Origin: a virus
Taxonomy: Duplodnaviria; Caudoviricetes
DNA length: 64,000 bases
Virus record (IMG/VR): IMGVR_UViG_3300037067_026010
Coordinates: 1 to 64,000 of that record
Reading direction: 5' to 3' (one strand)
Positions within the stretch are counted from its first letter, which is position 1. Every line of letters begins with the position of its first letter. A program made the translations under genes and the position numbers. The notes beneath the pieces are model-generated. The model was given only the letters and a program-made list of their open reading frames with translations. It was not told the origin of the DNA and did not search any database. This document shows, in pieces, positions 8,511-17,465 of the stretch.

Positions 8511-9611
8511 TTAATCCTCCGGACCGAGACTGATGTCTACCCATTCTGTGTTATCGTACATGTCGGCACATACGGCAAACTCGTTCAAATTCAAAGCAAT
8601 TTGCAAAGTATTGGCATCCAGTGCCGTGACATCGAAACCTGCACCCGGCTCGATACGAATCTGCCGGCCGCCTACGCCATTGATCGTTTTGATGACTTCG
8701 CTACAGGCAGGGCCACCTTCGTAGTATACGCTGTCACTGGGCAACTCTTCATCTTCATACAACGGAAATTCCGTGCACGGAAACCCATCGCCGGCACCGA
8801 GCGACGCACCTACCGCTAGCGCGTTTGCCGCGTCGTCCTGGCGTATTAGGCAGTTATAGCCCTCCTGTAATGCAACATCTCCCGTTATGCCGACGGCGTT
8901 TACGACGAACACGGCCACTTGCAGACTTTCCCCGGAACACTCCGGCAACAGCGAACGTACGCGTGGGGCATTTGCGAGATTTAAGCTCGTGACCGCGCTG
9001 CGCGTCAGACCTTGCACCTGCGCCGGTTCCAGCAGCCAGAGTTGTGGATTGAATAGTACGGCAGTATCTACCGGAATTTGCGCCATCAGCGCGTCAAATT
9101 TGCCGGTAACCAAATACCCCTCCCAATAAGAGGTCGGGGCTGGTGCCAGCGTCGGCACAATAGGTGTAACGCGCGGTTCGGCGGCCAAACGCATCGTGCG
9201 CGGACGGCTTCGCGTTGCTCCCAACCGGCCCGTTATGGTGTCGGAGAGAGACGATGACCCTCCCGATCCGATAGCCGCGGAGCTTGCCCAACTGAGCGTG
9301 AATTCCGGGTCGGTATTATTGCGCTGAAATACCAGGGCCTGCTGGCTGGCCGCCGGTGCCGTTGTACGGAATTCATAAGTAAACCCGGTCGCGGTACGAG
9401 CGATACGGAAAAGGTAGATCTGATGGACGCCCGGATAATACTCCGCGTCGGGATGCATAATGATCCCGGCATCCACGACGGCGTCATAGGGCAGAGCCGT
9501 CAGGTGCTCATCCGCTATTTCTTCCGGCCAATTCTCGATAAGCGGCGTACTTCGCGGCACGAACGGGTAGCTGCGGTAAGAATTATCGATATAAAATCCG
9601 GAGCGCGCCAT
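8511..9611 (-). CDS. virion structural protein, Cys-rich paralogue family member 5
   Basis: NSYRSYPF at the N-terminus; C-x3-IKTINGV. Confidence 0.7.
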   Translation of the reverse strand: MARSGFYIDNSYRSYPFVPRSTPLIENWPEEIADEHLTALPYDAVVDAGIIMHPDAEYYPGVHQIYLFRIARTATGFTYEFRTTAPAASQQALVFQRNNTDPEFTLSWASSAAIGSGGSSSLSDTITGRLGATRSRPRTMRLAAEPRVTPIVPTLAPAPTSYWEGYLVTGKFDALMAQIPVDTAVLFNPQLWLLEPAQVQGLTRSAVTSLNLANAPRVRSLLPECSGESLQVAVFVVNAVGITGDVALQEGYNCLIRQDDAANALAVGASLGAGDGFPCTEFPLYEDEELPSDSVYYEGGPACSEVIKTINGVGGRQIRIEPGAGFDVTALDANTLQIALNLNEFAVCADMYDNTEWVDISLGPED

Positions 9612-9614
9612 GCT

Positions 9615-10388
9615 CTAATCTCCATGCAGAATTTGTCCGACGGCCTCGATCCGCAGGACCCCGGCATCCGTCGGATAAATACGTAAAATGGTGTCTCCAG
9701 CCAACTGGTCGCCAACTAAGATGTGATAATTGCCGTAGGCATCAGGCGGACAATTGTTGATGGTTCTTATGAAATTCGGCGGCACGAACTCGTCGGTATC
9801 CGTACAGCGCTTACGTTTGAAAAGCGGCTCGCCCACGACGTCGATGCGTATTACCGCTTCGGAAGGGCTGGTAATGACCACGCCGTCATCGCCTACCAAC
9901 CAAACTTCCCCGGATACGGCAAAGCCTTCATCGGTGCGTAACGAGCGCACGCCGATGCCCGGCGTCGGTATGACACAGGAGGCGACAAATTCCGTCGCAG
10001 ACAATTTAAAGGTGTAAGTGCCGGCCGGCCAAGTCGTAAAACGCAGTAAGCGCAATGCCTCGGAGATGATGATGCCGGCGGGACGGCCGTCCGGGTCGTT
10101 AAAAACCAGAACATCCGTCGTGGCGCCTGCCGTATAAGGCGCGCTCGCTGTGGCTGTGCCAAACTCGTCGCTGATGACAAAGAGGACATTGGCGGTGTCG
10201 TCTACCGTAATTTGCGAGAGATACAACCTATCGCTTGCGCCGATTAGGTATAGGCTGGCGTCGAGAAAGCTGTCCGGCTCAATACGCATGGCTTTTGTCG
10301 TATCCAGCAGGCTGACCGTGTCCGCAAAAGGATACTTCGTGGCCTCCAGCTCCGCCCGAAAATCAGGATATAGAATCTGTTCAGGCAT
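9615..10388 (-). CDS. virion structural protein, paralogue family member 4
   Basis: ATKYPFAD; GVRSL; IRTINNCPPDAYGNY. Confidence 0.7.
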   Translation of the reverse strand: MPEQILYPDFRAELEATKYPFADTVSLLDTTKAMRIEPDSFLDASLYLIGASDRLYLSQITVDDTANVLFVISDEFGTATASAPYTAGATTDVLVFNDPDGRPAGIIISEALRLLRFTTWPAGTYTFKLSATEFVASCVIPTPGIGVRSLRTDEGFAVSGEVWLVGDDGVVITSPSEAVIRIDVVGEPLFKRKRCTDTDEFVPPNFIRTINNCPPDAYGNYHILVGDQLAGDTILRIYPTDAGVLRIEAVGQILHGD

Positions 10389-12414
10389 CGGCTACCCCCA
10401 CCTGAAAATAAGTAAAATGCGTCTCGGCGCCTTCGCTGAATACGCCGAAGCTGCCTGTATCGACCGAATAATCCGGCAGGGTTACGTCGTAGACCAGATC
10501 CGTGCCGTCCAGATCCATACCGTAACCGAGGACCTGGCAATGCATCGGTTGAGCCAGGATAAGGGCACGCAACATGCAGGGGCCGAGCGGAATGAGCGCG
10601 GCTTTACGCGATAGTTCCGCAGCAGTGCCGTTTTTATAATGCTCCAGCACGATCTCTTGCGTTAGATAATCCGCGTATAGCTTGAAATAATTGGCGCTCG
10701 TTTCACCGTCCGGCATGGCGCGGTAATTAAACACCAGGCCGCCGTTCACGGCCTCGTTGGCATTGTCCAACGTAAAGCCGACCAGGCAGTATTGGCCGAG
10801 CGCCGTGGCGGCGATGCACTGCCCGCCGAGCCACAATGCGACGTTGCTGCTGGTCCCAGTCGAGTCCCACGAGCTCTCCGCGGCGACCCATGTGCCCTCT
10901 TGCTCCGTAAAGTCCGGCAGGCTGTATACCAGCGTACCTACCCCGCTTTCGCCGACGGTAAATTTTGTAAACTCTGTGGTAGCACCAAAACTGCGAATAC
11001 CAAACTGGCCGCTATCGATGAACTCCTCCGTATACGACACACCGATCGTCAGATTGGCGCCGCCTGCACCCATGCCGTAGGCCGTAACTCCGAACAATAC
11101 TTCTCCGGCAGTTTCTCCGGCGACGACGTCGATACGCACCTTGCATGCACCCAGTGGCACCGTCGCCGCTTCGCTGGCCAGGATGTCCTCGCTTATACCG
11201 GTAAAATGCCGCAATGATACGGTCTGCTCATTGTAGTTCACGTGCACATAGAAAAAATCGTTGGAGTAGTATCCGGTGGTCCGCGAAAAAACGTCGTGTC
11301 GGAAATTGAAGACCAACCCGCCGTTAATGTTTTCCGGATAAGCATTCGTGAGCGTAAACTCCAAAATGCCGTAATAACCGATCGTTTTAACCCCGGTGCA
11401 GGCGTTGCCGGTCCATATCGCCGTATTCGGTTGGAATTGGCCTATGGCCTCGTAGGCGGCATACTGCATGTCGAATATGCCCTCCATAACGTAAAAATCG
11501 GCGGGAACGCCATTGCCGAAGGTCTCTGTGAACGGCAGGGTGCACGGCAAATATTCCGAAGTCAATTCGGCAGTGCATAGATCCGTGCCGGACGCATTCC
11601 GTACACGTTGCTGCAGGCATATTTCCGACAGTTTGATAGAGTCCTCTAGGACCATGCCGGTGTCCCACTGCCCGCAGTTCACAAATGCTGCGGTCTGCAG
11701 TCCCTGGATGACTATGTTGATGTTTCCGTTGCAGTCCGGTACGACATCGTTAATGGATTCGATACCCTCCTTGAGGCACGTGCCGCTCTCGGGCCTGCCT
11801 CCACAGGGCCCTAAATAAGTCTGCATGGCGTCCAGGCGCGTCAGCCGGAATACGAAGGCATTGCGCAGGCCAATCTTCGGCAAAGCCACCAGTTCCTGTG
11901 TCGCGGTAATATCTGTTCCGCCGCGTAGCAAGACATCGCCGACGAGCCCCGTGCGCGCACCCTGTTTGCGTAATGACGGGATTGGCAACTCCGTGTAAGG
12001 CTGTGCGCAGTCCGGGGACAGCAAACTCTGCAACGGCGTGCTGAATCGCGCGTTAAAAGTGTCCCTCACGTTGCCGAAAACGACGACGCCGCCGGTGCCG
12101 GGTTGGAAGGGGGTAATAGCGTACGGCCGATACTCGTCAACCGGCTGCGGGATACTGACCGCCGCCAGTGGCGCGAAGGTTGTTGTCGTCTGGCTATTGG
12201 TTACTATGAACAGCGCCGTAACCACATGCGGAGTGACTGTAATGCCACCCAAGAACGCGTACTGCCCTAAGGCGGACGGCCAGCGCAATCGGCAATCTAC
12301 CAAGATATCGGACGGCAGTTGTTCGCCGCCGTCACCGACGGCGGTTGCCGTATCCATCAACGGATAGGCCCGCTGCGACTGCAGATTGTAATAATTGGGA
12401 TTGCGGTGAGCCAT
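10381..12414 (-). CDS. virion structural protein with two tandem beta-sandwich (lectin-like) domains; candidate receptor-binding protein
   Basis: NLQSQRAYPLMD; IESINDVVPDCNGNI; duplicated NGGLVFN[FY]R...PLG.C...YGM...D[ST]G.FG..S.GA.T.FT.F.VG. Confidence 0.65.
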   Translation of the reverse strand: MAHRNPNYYNLQSQRAYPLMDTATAVGDGGEQLPSDILVDCRLRWPSALGQYAFLGGITVTPHVVTALFIVTNSQTTTTFAPLAAVSIPQPVDEYRPYAITPFQPGTGGVVVFGNVRDTFNARFSTPLQSLLSPDCAQPYTELPIPSLRKQGARTGLVGDVLLRGGTDITATQELVALPKIGLRNAFVFRLTRLDAMQTYLGPCGGRPESGTCLKEGIESINDVVPDCNGNINIVIQGLQTAAFVNCGQWDTGMVLEDSIKLSEICLQQRVRNASGTDLCTAELTSEYLPCTLPFTETFGNGVPADFYVMEGIFDMQYAAYEAIGQFQPNTAIWTGNACTGVKTIGYYGILEFTLTNAYPENINGGLVFNFRHDVFSRTTGYYSNDFFYVHVNYNEQTVSLRHFTGISEDILASEAATVPLGACKVRIDVVAGETAGEVLFGVTAYGMGAGGANLTIGVSYTEEFIDSGQFGIRSFGATTEFTKFTVGESGVGTLVYSLPDFTEQEGTWVAAESSWDSTGTSSNVALWLGGQCIAATALGQYCLVGFTLDNANEAVNGGLVFNYRAMPDGETSANYFKLYADYLTQEIVLEHYKNGTAAELSRKAALIPLGPCMLRALILAQPMHCQVLGYGMDLDGTDLVYDVTLPDYSVDTGSFGVFSEGAETHFTYFQVGVADA

Positions 12415-12417
12415 AAA

Positions 12418-13974
12418 TTATACAACAGGGCATATCGGGCTGTTATCGTAGTCAGTGGCCTGGGCGGGGCATCGTAATGTCGCCGCTTGGCAATCAGAGG
12501 CCGGCTCCGTACCGGTGTCATCAACCGTCGGCACTGTAATATCCTCGGCACCGATGGTGCCCGTCAAGCAGCCGGTTAGCACTTGCGGCGTGGTACAATC
12601 GGCACCGACTAATCGAAATTGCACAAATACGGACTGATACGGGTGAACCTGATCCCAGTGCACGGTATATGTCGGCCAAGTCCCGGTCAACAAATAAGGC
12701 TGCCGCATCCCGGTAAATCGTCCAGGATTCGTCTCGGCGCCGACGATAAATGTAGAACCTGGCACAAGTTGCAATGGCGTTAACGCGGTAAATTCTACGG
12801 TCAGATCCACATCGAGCTTGCATGCCTCGCTCTGGTTACAGTATTGCAGGACCACGTCCAGCAACGGGCATCGTTGCGGCTGCATCAGCAAGCGCAATGG
12901 CCGACGCAAATAACAACGGCGGCTTTCCAGCCAGCGCCGGCGATTGGCATAATACCGATTGCGCACCGTTTGCGACATTTGCCCGAGCGTGCAATAGCGA
13001 TCGCGCTCTCGGTTTAAACGCGTAGCTGCAGCAACGTAGTCTTCGCACTGGCAACAGGCTTGGCAATCGCTACCCAATTGCAATTGCGCATCGGTAATTG
13101 CGAGTGGAAACGCCGGTGCCCTCAGCGTCTCTTCCAATGGCGTCGTCGGGTCCTCCAGAGGTATGTAGGCCACGACGGTCTGAACATCCAAATGTTGCAA
13201 AGGCCGGCGCAGCCAGTAACAGTCGGCAGCCGCCAGCAGAAAGTCTCCGGACGTCGTCGGGCCTACGCCGTTAATACTGCGCAACGTCAGCGGCGCCGGT
13301 GTGCAGTCCGGATATCGGCCCAAACCTGCGCCGGGGACAGCCGCAAAGTTCAATTGCTCCACTGCGCGTTGCCCGCGTACCGCCGTGCGCCCGCCATACG
13401 TCAGATTCAGGTTGTAGCCGGCGGCAAAATGCATCCGGCGGATATCCGTGAAAGTGGTTGCACCAACCGTAACGGATCTAACGCGTTGCGGCAGTCTCCA
13501 GGAGCTGCGGGCATCCAGTATGGCGGCATCCGGTACAAAAGAGCTCGAGTAAGTTCGCTCCACCGGCTCACCGCTGTCCGGCCATGCCGTATGGACGACT
13601 ACTCGGCACACGGCTTCGTCAGTCTGCCATTCGTAGATATACAGGCGCGTACCCCACGCCCGAGCACTAAAAGACGTTGCCTGCGTTGAATCGAACAACC
13701 TGTTACCGTCGGCGTCCACTATCCAAATTTCGGCGGCATGCACCGGCGTAACGGGTGTAACCTCCGCCGGCCCTATACCAAAACCGTAGAGCCAGGCGAC
13801 GTGCAACGGCAGTTCCGTTTCCGTTCCGCCATAGTCGCCGGGGTCATCATAAGCGAGGAATAGGTCGGCCAACAAGTACCGAACATCCGCAGACGGCTGT
13901 ACGAGCGGCCAATCGCTGCCGCTCTGCGGTTGCGTTACGCCAATACCTTGTCGACCTTGTGGATGATACGTCAC
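12418..13974 (-). CDS. Cys-rich virion structural protein, paralogue family member 2
   Basis: GTG start in a GTGA overlap with GGAGG SD; LRSINGVGPTTSGDF; SDCQACCQCEDY followed by a coiled coil. Confidence 0.7.
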   Translation of the reverse strand: MTYHPQGRQGIGVTQPQSGSDWPLVQPSADVRYLLADLFLAYDDPGDYGGTETELPLHVAWLYGFGIGPAEVTPVTPVHAAEIWIVDADGNRLFDSTQATSFSARAWGTRLYIYEWQTDEAVCRVVVHTAWPDSGEPVERTYSSSFVPDAAILDARSSWRLPQRVRSVTVGATTFTDIRRMHFAAGYNLNLTYGGRTAVRGQRAVEQLNFAAVPGAGLGRYPDCTPAPLTLRSINGVGPTTSGDFLLAAADCYWLRRPLQHLDVQTVVAYIPLEDPTTPLEETLRAPAFPLAITDAQLQLGSDCQACCQCEDYVAAATRLNRERDRYCTLGQMSQTVRNRYYANRRRWLESRRCYLRRPLRLLMQPQRCPLLDVVLQYCNQSEACKLDVDLTVEFTALTPLQLVPGSTFIVGAETNPGRFTGMRQPYLLTGTWPTYTVHWDQVHPYQSVFVQFRLVGADCTTPQVLTGCLTGTIGAEDITVPTVDDTGTEPASDCQAATLRCPAQATDYDNSPICPVV

Positions 13975-14945
13975 AGGCTGCCTTCCTCCGCGCCGCATTC
14001 GATGCAGCCGCCAGTGTCGCCCAATCGGCTGCCCAGTACGACTTGACTCATTTGCGTAACCTCGCCGCTAAGTCTATTCACGAATAATTGCAACGTTTTT
14101 GCGCCATCCGTGAACCTATCCAACTGCTGCAATATGGCATTCAGTTCCTCACAGCCGCAGCAAGGTTTTGAGCAAGTATCTGCGAATTGCAGTCCGTTGG
14201 TGATCGCCGACAACGTGAGGCAATCGTCGCCGAGTAGCCGGAAGTTACCGTCTGCGGTAGGCGGAATGCCGTTGATCGTGCGAATGCACGGCGGCGTATT
14301 CTCGGTGTCCTCGCAGGTGCACGAGTCCGTCAGCCCCTCGCCGTCTATTGCCGAAAACGTAATCGTGGAACTGCCGCCTGTGCCGCTCGCCGTAATCCGC
14401 ATGTTTTCCCCTGCGGACAGCACGATATCTCCGTACAGGCGCGTTCCTGAGGTTTGTCCGGTGCGCACCGTCAAAGAACTTATGCCGCGGATCATAGGGC
14501 GAATACAATCCACTTCGAAACCGGCGCCGTCGAGATCAAACGTGTATTGCCCCGGCGGCAGTTGATCGATGTTGTCGAGCCGGCCTATCACGATCGTGCC
14601 GATGCAATCGTCAAAATTTCCGGTGCCAGCCACCGCGTAACTTCGATTTTCCGTATGGGTGCTCCTCGCAATACTTACGGTGGCGGCCAATGCCGGTGGA
14701 GCTACACCGTCGTCGTAGCCGATGCCGAGCGTATACCCGAGGGAGTAGACGCCCAGTTCCTTCAAGAAGAAGCGTTCCGGCGCTACGTTCACTCCGGCGG
14801 ATATTGGAAAATAGAAGCCGACTAGGAAATCGTCCGGCAAAGTAATGGCCCCTGCCGTATCCTGCCGCGTAGCCCAATCGACGAGCGGATACGCTCGCGA
14901 CATGTTCTGATTGAGCCACTCGATATTCCATAAACCAAGAGTCAT
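13971..14945 (-). CDS. Cys-rich virion structural protein, paralogue family member 1
   Basis: AGGAG SD before MTLGLWN; NQNMSRAYPLVD; CIRTINGIPPTADGNF; CSKPCCGCEEL followed by a coiled coil. Confidence 0.7.
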   Translation of the reverse strand: MTLGLWNIEWLNQNMSRAYPLVDWATRQDTAGAITLPDDFLVGFYFPISAGVNVAPERFFLKELGVYSLGYTLGIGYDDGVAPPALAATVSIARSTHTENRSYAVAGTGNFDDCIGTIVIGRLDNIDQLPPGQYTFDLDGAGFEVDCIRPMIRGISSLTVRTGQTSGTRLYGDIVLSAGENMRITASGTGGSSTITFSAIDGEGLTDSCTCEDTENTPPCIRTINGIPPTADGNFRLLGDDCLTLSAITNGLQFADTCSKPCCGCEELNAILQQLDRFTDGAKTLQLFVNRLSGEVTQMSQVVLGSRLGDTGGCIECGAEEGSL

Positions 14946-14961
14946 GACGGTCTCCTGAACG

Positions 14962-16821
14962 TTACGCGGTGGCAGTAACAATGCCGGTAATACGCACGAT
15001 GCCGACCTCGCCGATATACCCGGCGGCACTTGCTCGTGTCACGGACAGCAATATGGTATCTCCGGGTGCCACCACGATGGCATCGCTTTCGATTTCGATG
15101 GCATTATACGCCGTGACCGCTACAGCCGTTGTGGCAAAATCGACTGTTGTATCCCCGGCGGCGATGACCGTGGGCGTACCTGTGACCGGCCTGGCCAGAC
15201 GCTGATACGTCATACCCATTGCCGGCAATGCGCCCGTCGTTGACCCGAATAGCATGACGCGTATTTTCAGTTGCGGATCCGCCGGGAGGCCGTCTACAGG
15301 TATATTCAGCCGCAGGCGTATTTCACTATCGCGGGACTGCGGAAAGCCTAAATACGGCACATCGGCATAAATGCGCTCCATGGCGTCGGCAAGCCGTACA
15401 ATTTGAGGTGCAATCTCACGTTCGCCGGGCTCGAGCGTCACGTTAATATGCACTAAGCCTTGATGCACCGTCGGGTTGTCTACGCCTGCGGGAGAATCCG
15501 GATCCAACAGACGGGTGTACTCCCCGGTGATCTGCACATATTCCGAATCGGCAATTAAACCTTCGGTAATGCGGCCGAGGCCAAATTTCAGACCCGGTCC
15601 CACTAACTGTTTAAACGCGCGGCTGCCCGCATATTCAAGAGAGTCCTCGACTGCCGTCAAATCGAATTGTGCCCATAGATCGCCCGTGGTTGCCGCTGCG
15701 CCGTCGCAATTAACGAACGAGATCGGGGAGTCGGTCGCCGTATGCAAGCTCGTGACGACGGTGTGCTGCGTCGCAAACAACATATGCACAAACCCCAGGA
15801 TGAGGCGCATGCGCTCCGGCCGCGGGCACGTAAGCACTTCTGAAGACAATTCTTCGGAAGGCAGACTATACTCCGGCGGAATATTGTCGTACCACGTCGG
15901 CCACGGTACGTCGTCGTAGCAGCCGCTCATCCACCAAATACCGTATCTGTCCATTTTCACGAGGGCTTCCGCGCCGGTCGTAGGTATTTCCGTGGCACCG
16001 TACTGCCCGTAGCCACGGTCCCAGAAAAGAACGGCGGATTCCAGCGGCACAGGCGGCCACACTCGTGCAACTTCCGGATGCGCAGCAAGGTTGTAGCCGA
16101 ATACTGCGCCCGCAGGGGCGTTGCCGGCGAAACTCGGATCATCGGCCGGAAGCCATCCGGGACTCTCAGCGTCGGCGTCGGTAATCGTATGCGTCATACC
16201 CGGTAACGGTTGGTCCGTGAGTCCCGCGGGCATACAATACAGCTCGAAGCGGTAGTGGATATGATTTTCCAGGAAGTCTCCGAGCTGCGGCAGCACGTAA
16301 ACATAGGTGGACGTTTCGCAGGCCGTCAATGGGCCCAAGACCACGCAAACAGGCACGGAGACGGGCGGCCGCTGTTGCGCCAATTTTCCGGCCAATGCCG
16401 AGGACAGATAATACCGGCCCGTCGCTATCGTGCCGTCGATCGCATTCGACATATCCAACGGTACGACGCCGCCCAGCACGATGTCGCCCAATACCGAGGT
16501 ACTCTTGCGATAACACAGGCCGATGCAGTCGCAGCTCGGATTGGGAATCAGCGTGCCGCTATCCAGATCGTTGGTTACCGTCGCCAGGGCCGCCTCGAAT
16601 TGTTGCGTCACGGTATTCCAAAACACGGGCTGCCCCAGCGCCACGGTGCTATCGACCCGCTGGTTTTCGAGCAGCAGCGCCCTTCCGGCCTCAATACGCG
16701 CGAGCGCGTCTTTCAGATAATTGGTACGGGCCTCCAACGCGCGTGCTGCCCGGCTATCGACCGCAGCGGTCACGGGCTCGTTGATTTTCGTATGCCGTAT
16801 CGGGTCAAATGTGCTGGCCAT
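14962..16821 (-). CDS. putative baseplate/tail-fibre-proximal structural protein (619 aa)
   Basis: Follows the baseplate wedge genes; N-terminal RALEARTNYLK typical of fibre attachment segments; beta-rich. Confidence 0.55.
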   Translation of the reverse strand: MASTFDPIRHTKINEPVTAAVDSRAARALEARTNYLKDALARIEAGRALLLENQRVDSTVALGQPVFWNTVTQQFEAALATVTNDLDSGTLIPNPSCDCIGLCYRKSTSVLGDIVLGGVVPLDMSNAIDGTIATGRYYLSSALAGKLAQQRPPVSVPVCVVLGPLTACETSTYVYVLPQLGDFLENHIHYRFELYCMPAGLTDQPLPGMTHTITDADAESPGWLPADDPSFAGNAPAGAVFGYNLAAHPEVARVWPPVPLESAVLFWDRGYGQYGATEIPTTGAEALVKMDRYGIWWMSGCYDDVPWPTWYDNIPPEYSLPSEELSSEVLTCPRPERMRLILGFVHMLFATQHTVVTSLHTATDSPISFVNCDGAAATTGDLWAQFDLTAVEDSLEYAGSRAFKQLVGPGLKFGLGRITEGLIADSEYVQITGEYTRLLDPDSPAGVDNPTVHQGLVHINVTLEPGEREIAPQIVRLADAMERIYADVPYLGFPQSRDSEIRLRLNIPVDGLPADPQLKIRVMLFGSTTGALPAMGMTYQRLARPVTGTPTVIAAGDTTVDFATTAVAVTAYNAIEIESDAIVVAPGDTILLSVTRASAAGYIGEVGIVRITGIVTATA

Positions 16822-16839
16822 CCTTGGCGCCCTTTCCGG

Positions 16840-17454
16840 TTATGTCAGACTTTCTTCGAAGCCGAGATCCCAACTAATGCCGCATTGTCCGGTGACCGCT
16901 TTGAGTATCTGTGCCTCGGCCTCGTAGTAAGCCCTGGCAAAAATCAGATCTTGCGTGTGATCGCTGCCGCCCGGTGCAGCCACCACGGCTGCTCCATAGA
17001 TCTTCGAGTTAACGGTGGATCCGAACAGCACTCCGCCCATGCCCTCGGCTACACTTGCCGACGTCTGCGCGAAAAAGGTCAGTTGATTACCGGTTTCGCC
17101 GCTTTCGAAATAGTCTTCGTAACCGGGCACGATGCCGATTTGCGGCTCCGTCAATAACGGCACGCGCAAATAGTCTGCGGTTCCGCCGCTGTCTGTAGCA
17201 AGATTCGCGTAATACTCCCGCCCGTCGGCTCTTGTAAAATCGGGCGCGACAACGACGTCGTCAGGATCACTGACATTCGCAAATTCCAAATACATATAGC
17301 GAACGGCGTATTCCCGCTGGGCCCGGCCAATGCACTGCGCGGCAATGTATCCCCAGTCGTATTGTCGCTGATTTTTGACCGTGCTCCGCGGCAGCCACAA
17401 ACCGGAGGACTGAACGTCCCACAGCGTCACGCGACCCTGTCCGTAATGATTCAT
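16840..17454 (-). CDS. putative baseplate/fibre-attachment protein (204 aa)
   Basis: GAGGA SD before MNHYGQGRV; synteny after the wedge genes. Confidence 0.5.
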   Translation of the reverse strand: MNHYGQGRVTLWDVQSSGLWLPRSTVKNQRQYDWGYIAAQCIGRAQREYAVRYMYLEFANVSDPDDVVVAPDFTRADGREYYANLATDSGGTADYLRVPLLTEPQIGIVPGYEDYFESGETGNQLTFFAQTSASVAEGMGGVLFGSTVNSKIYGAAVVAAPGGSDHTQDLIFARAYYEAEAQILKAVTGQCGISWDLGFEESLT

Positions 17455-17465
17455 AATTATCGTCC

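Noticed and set aside
11474-11481. A fourth GGCATATT box on the minus strand
   Set aside because: It lies inside a CDS and has no TAAA at the 16-nt spacing
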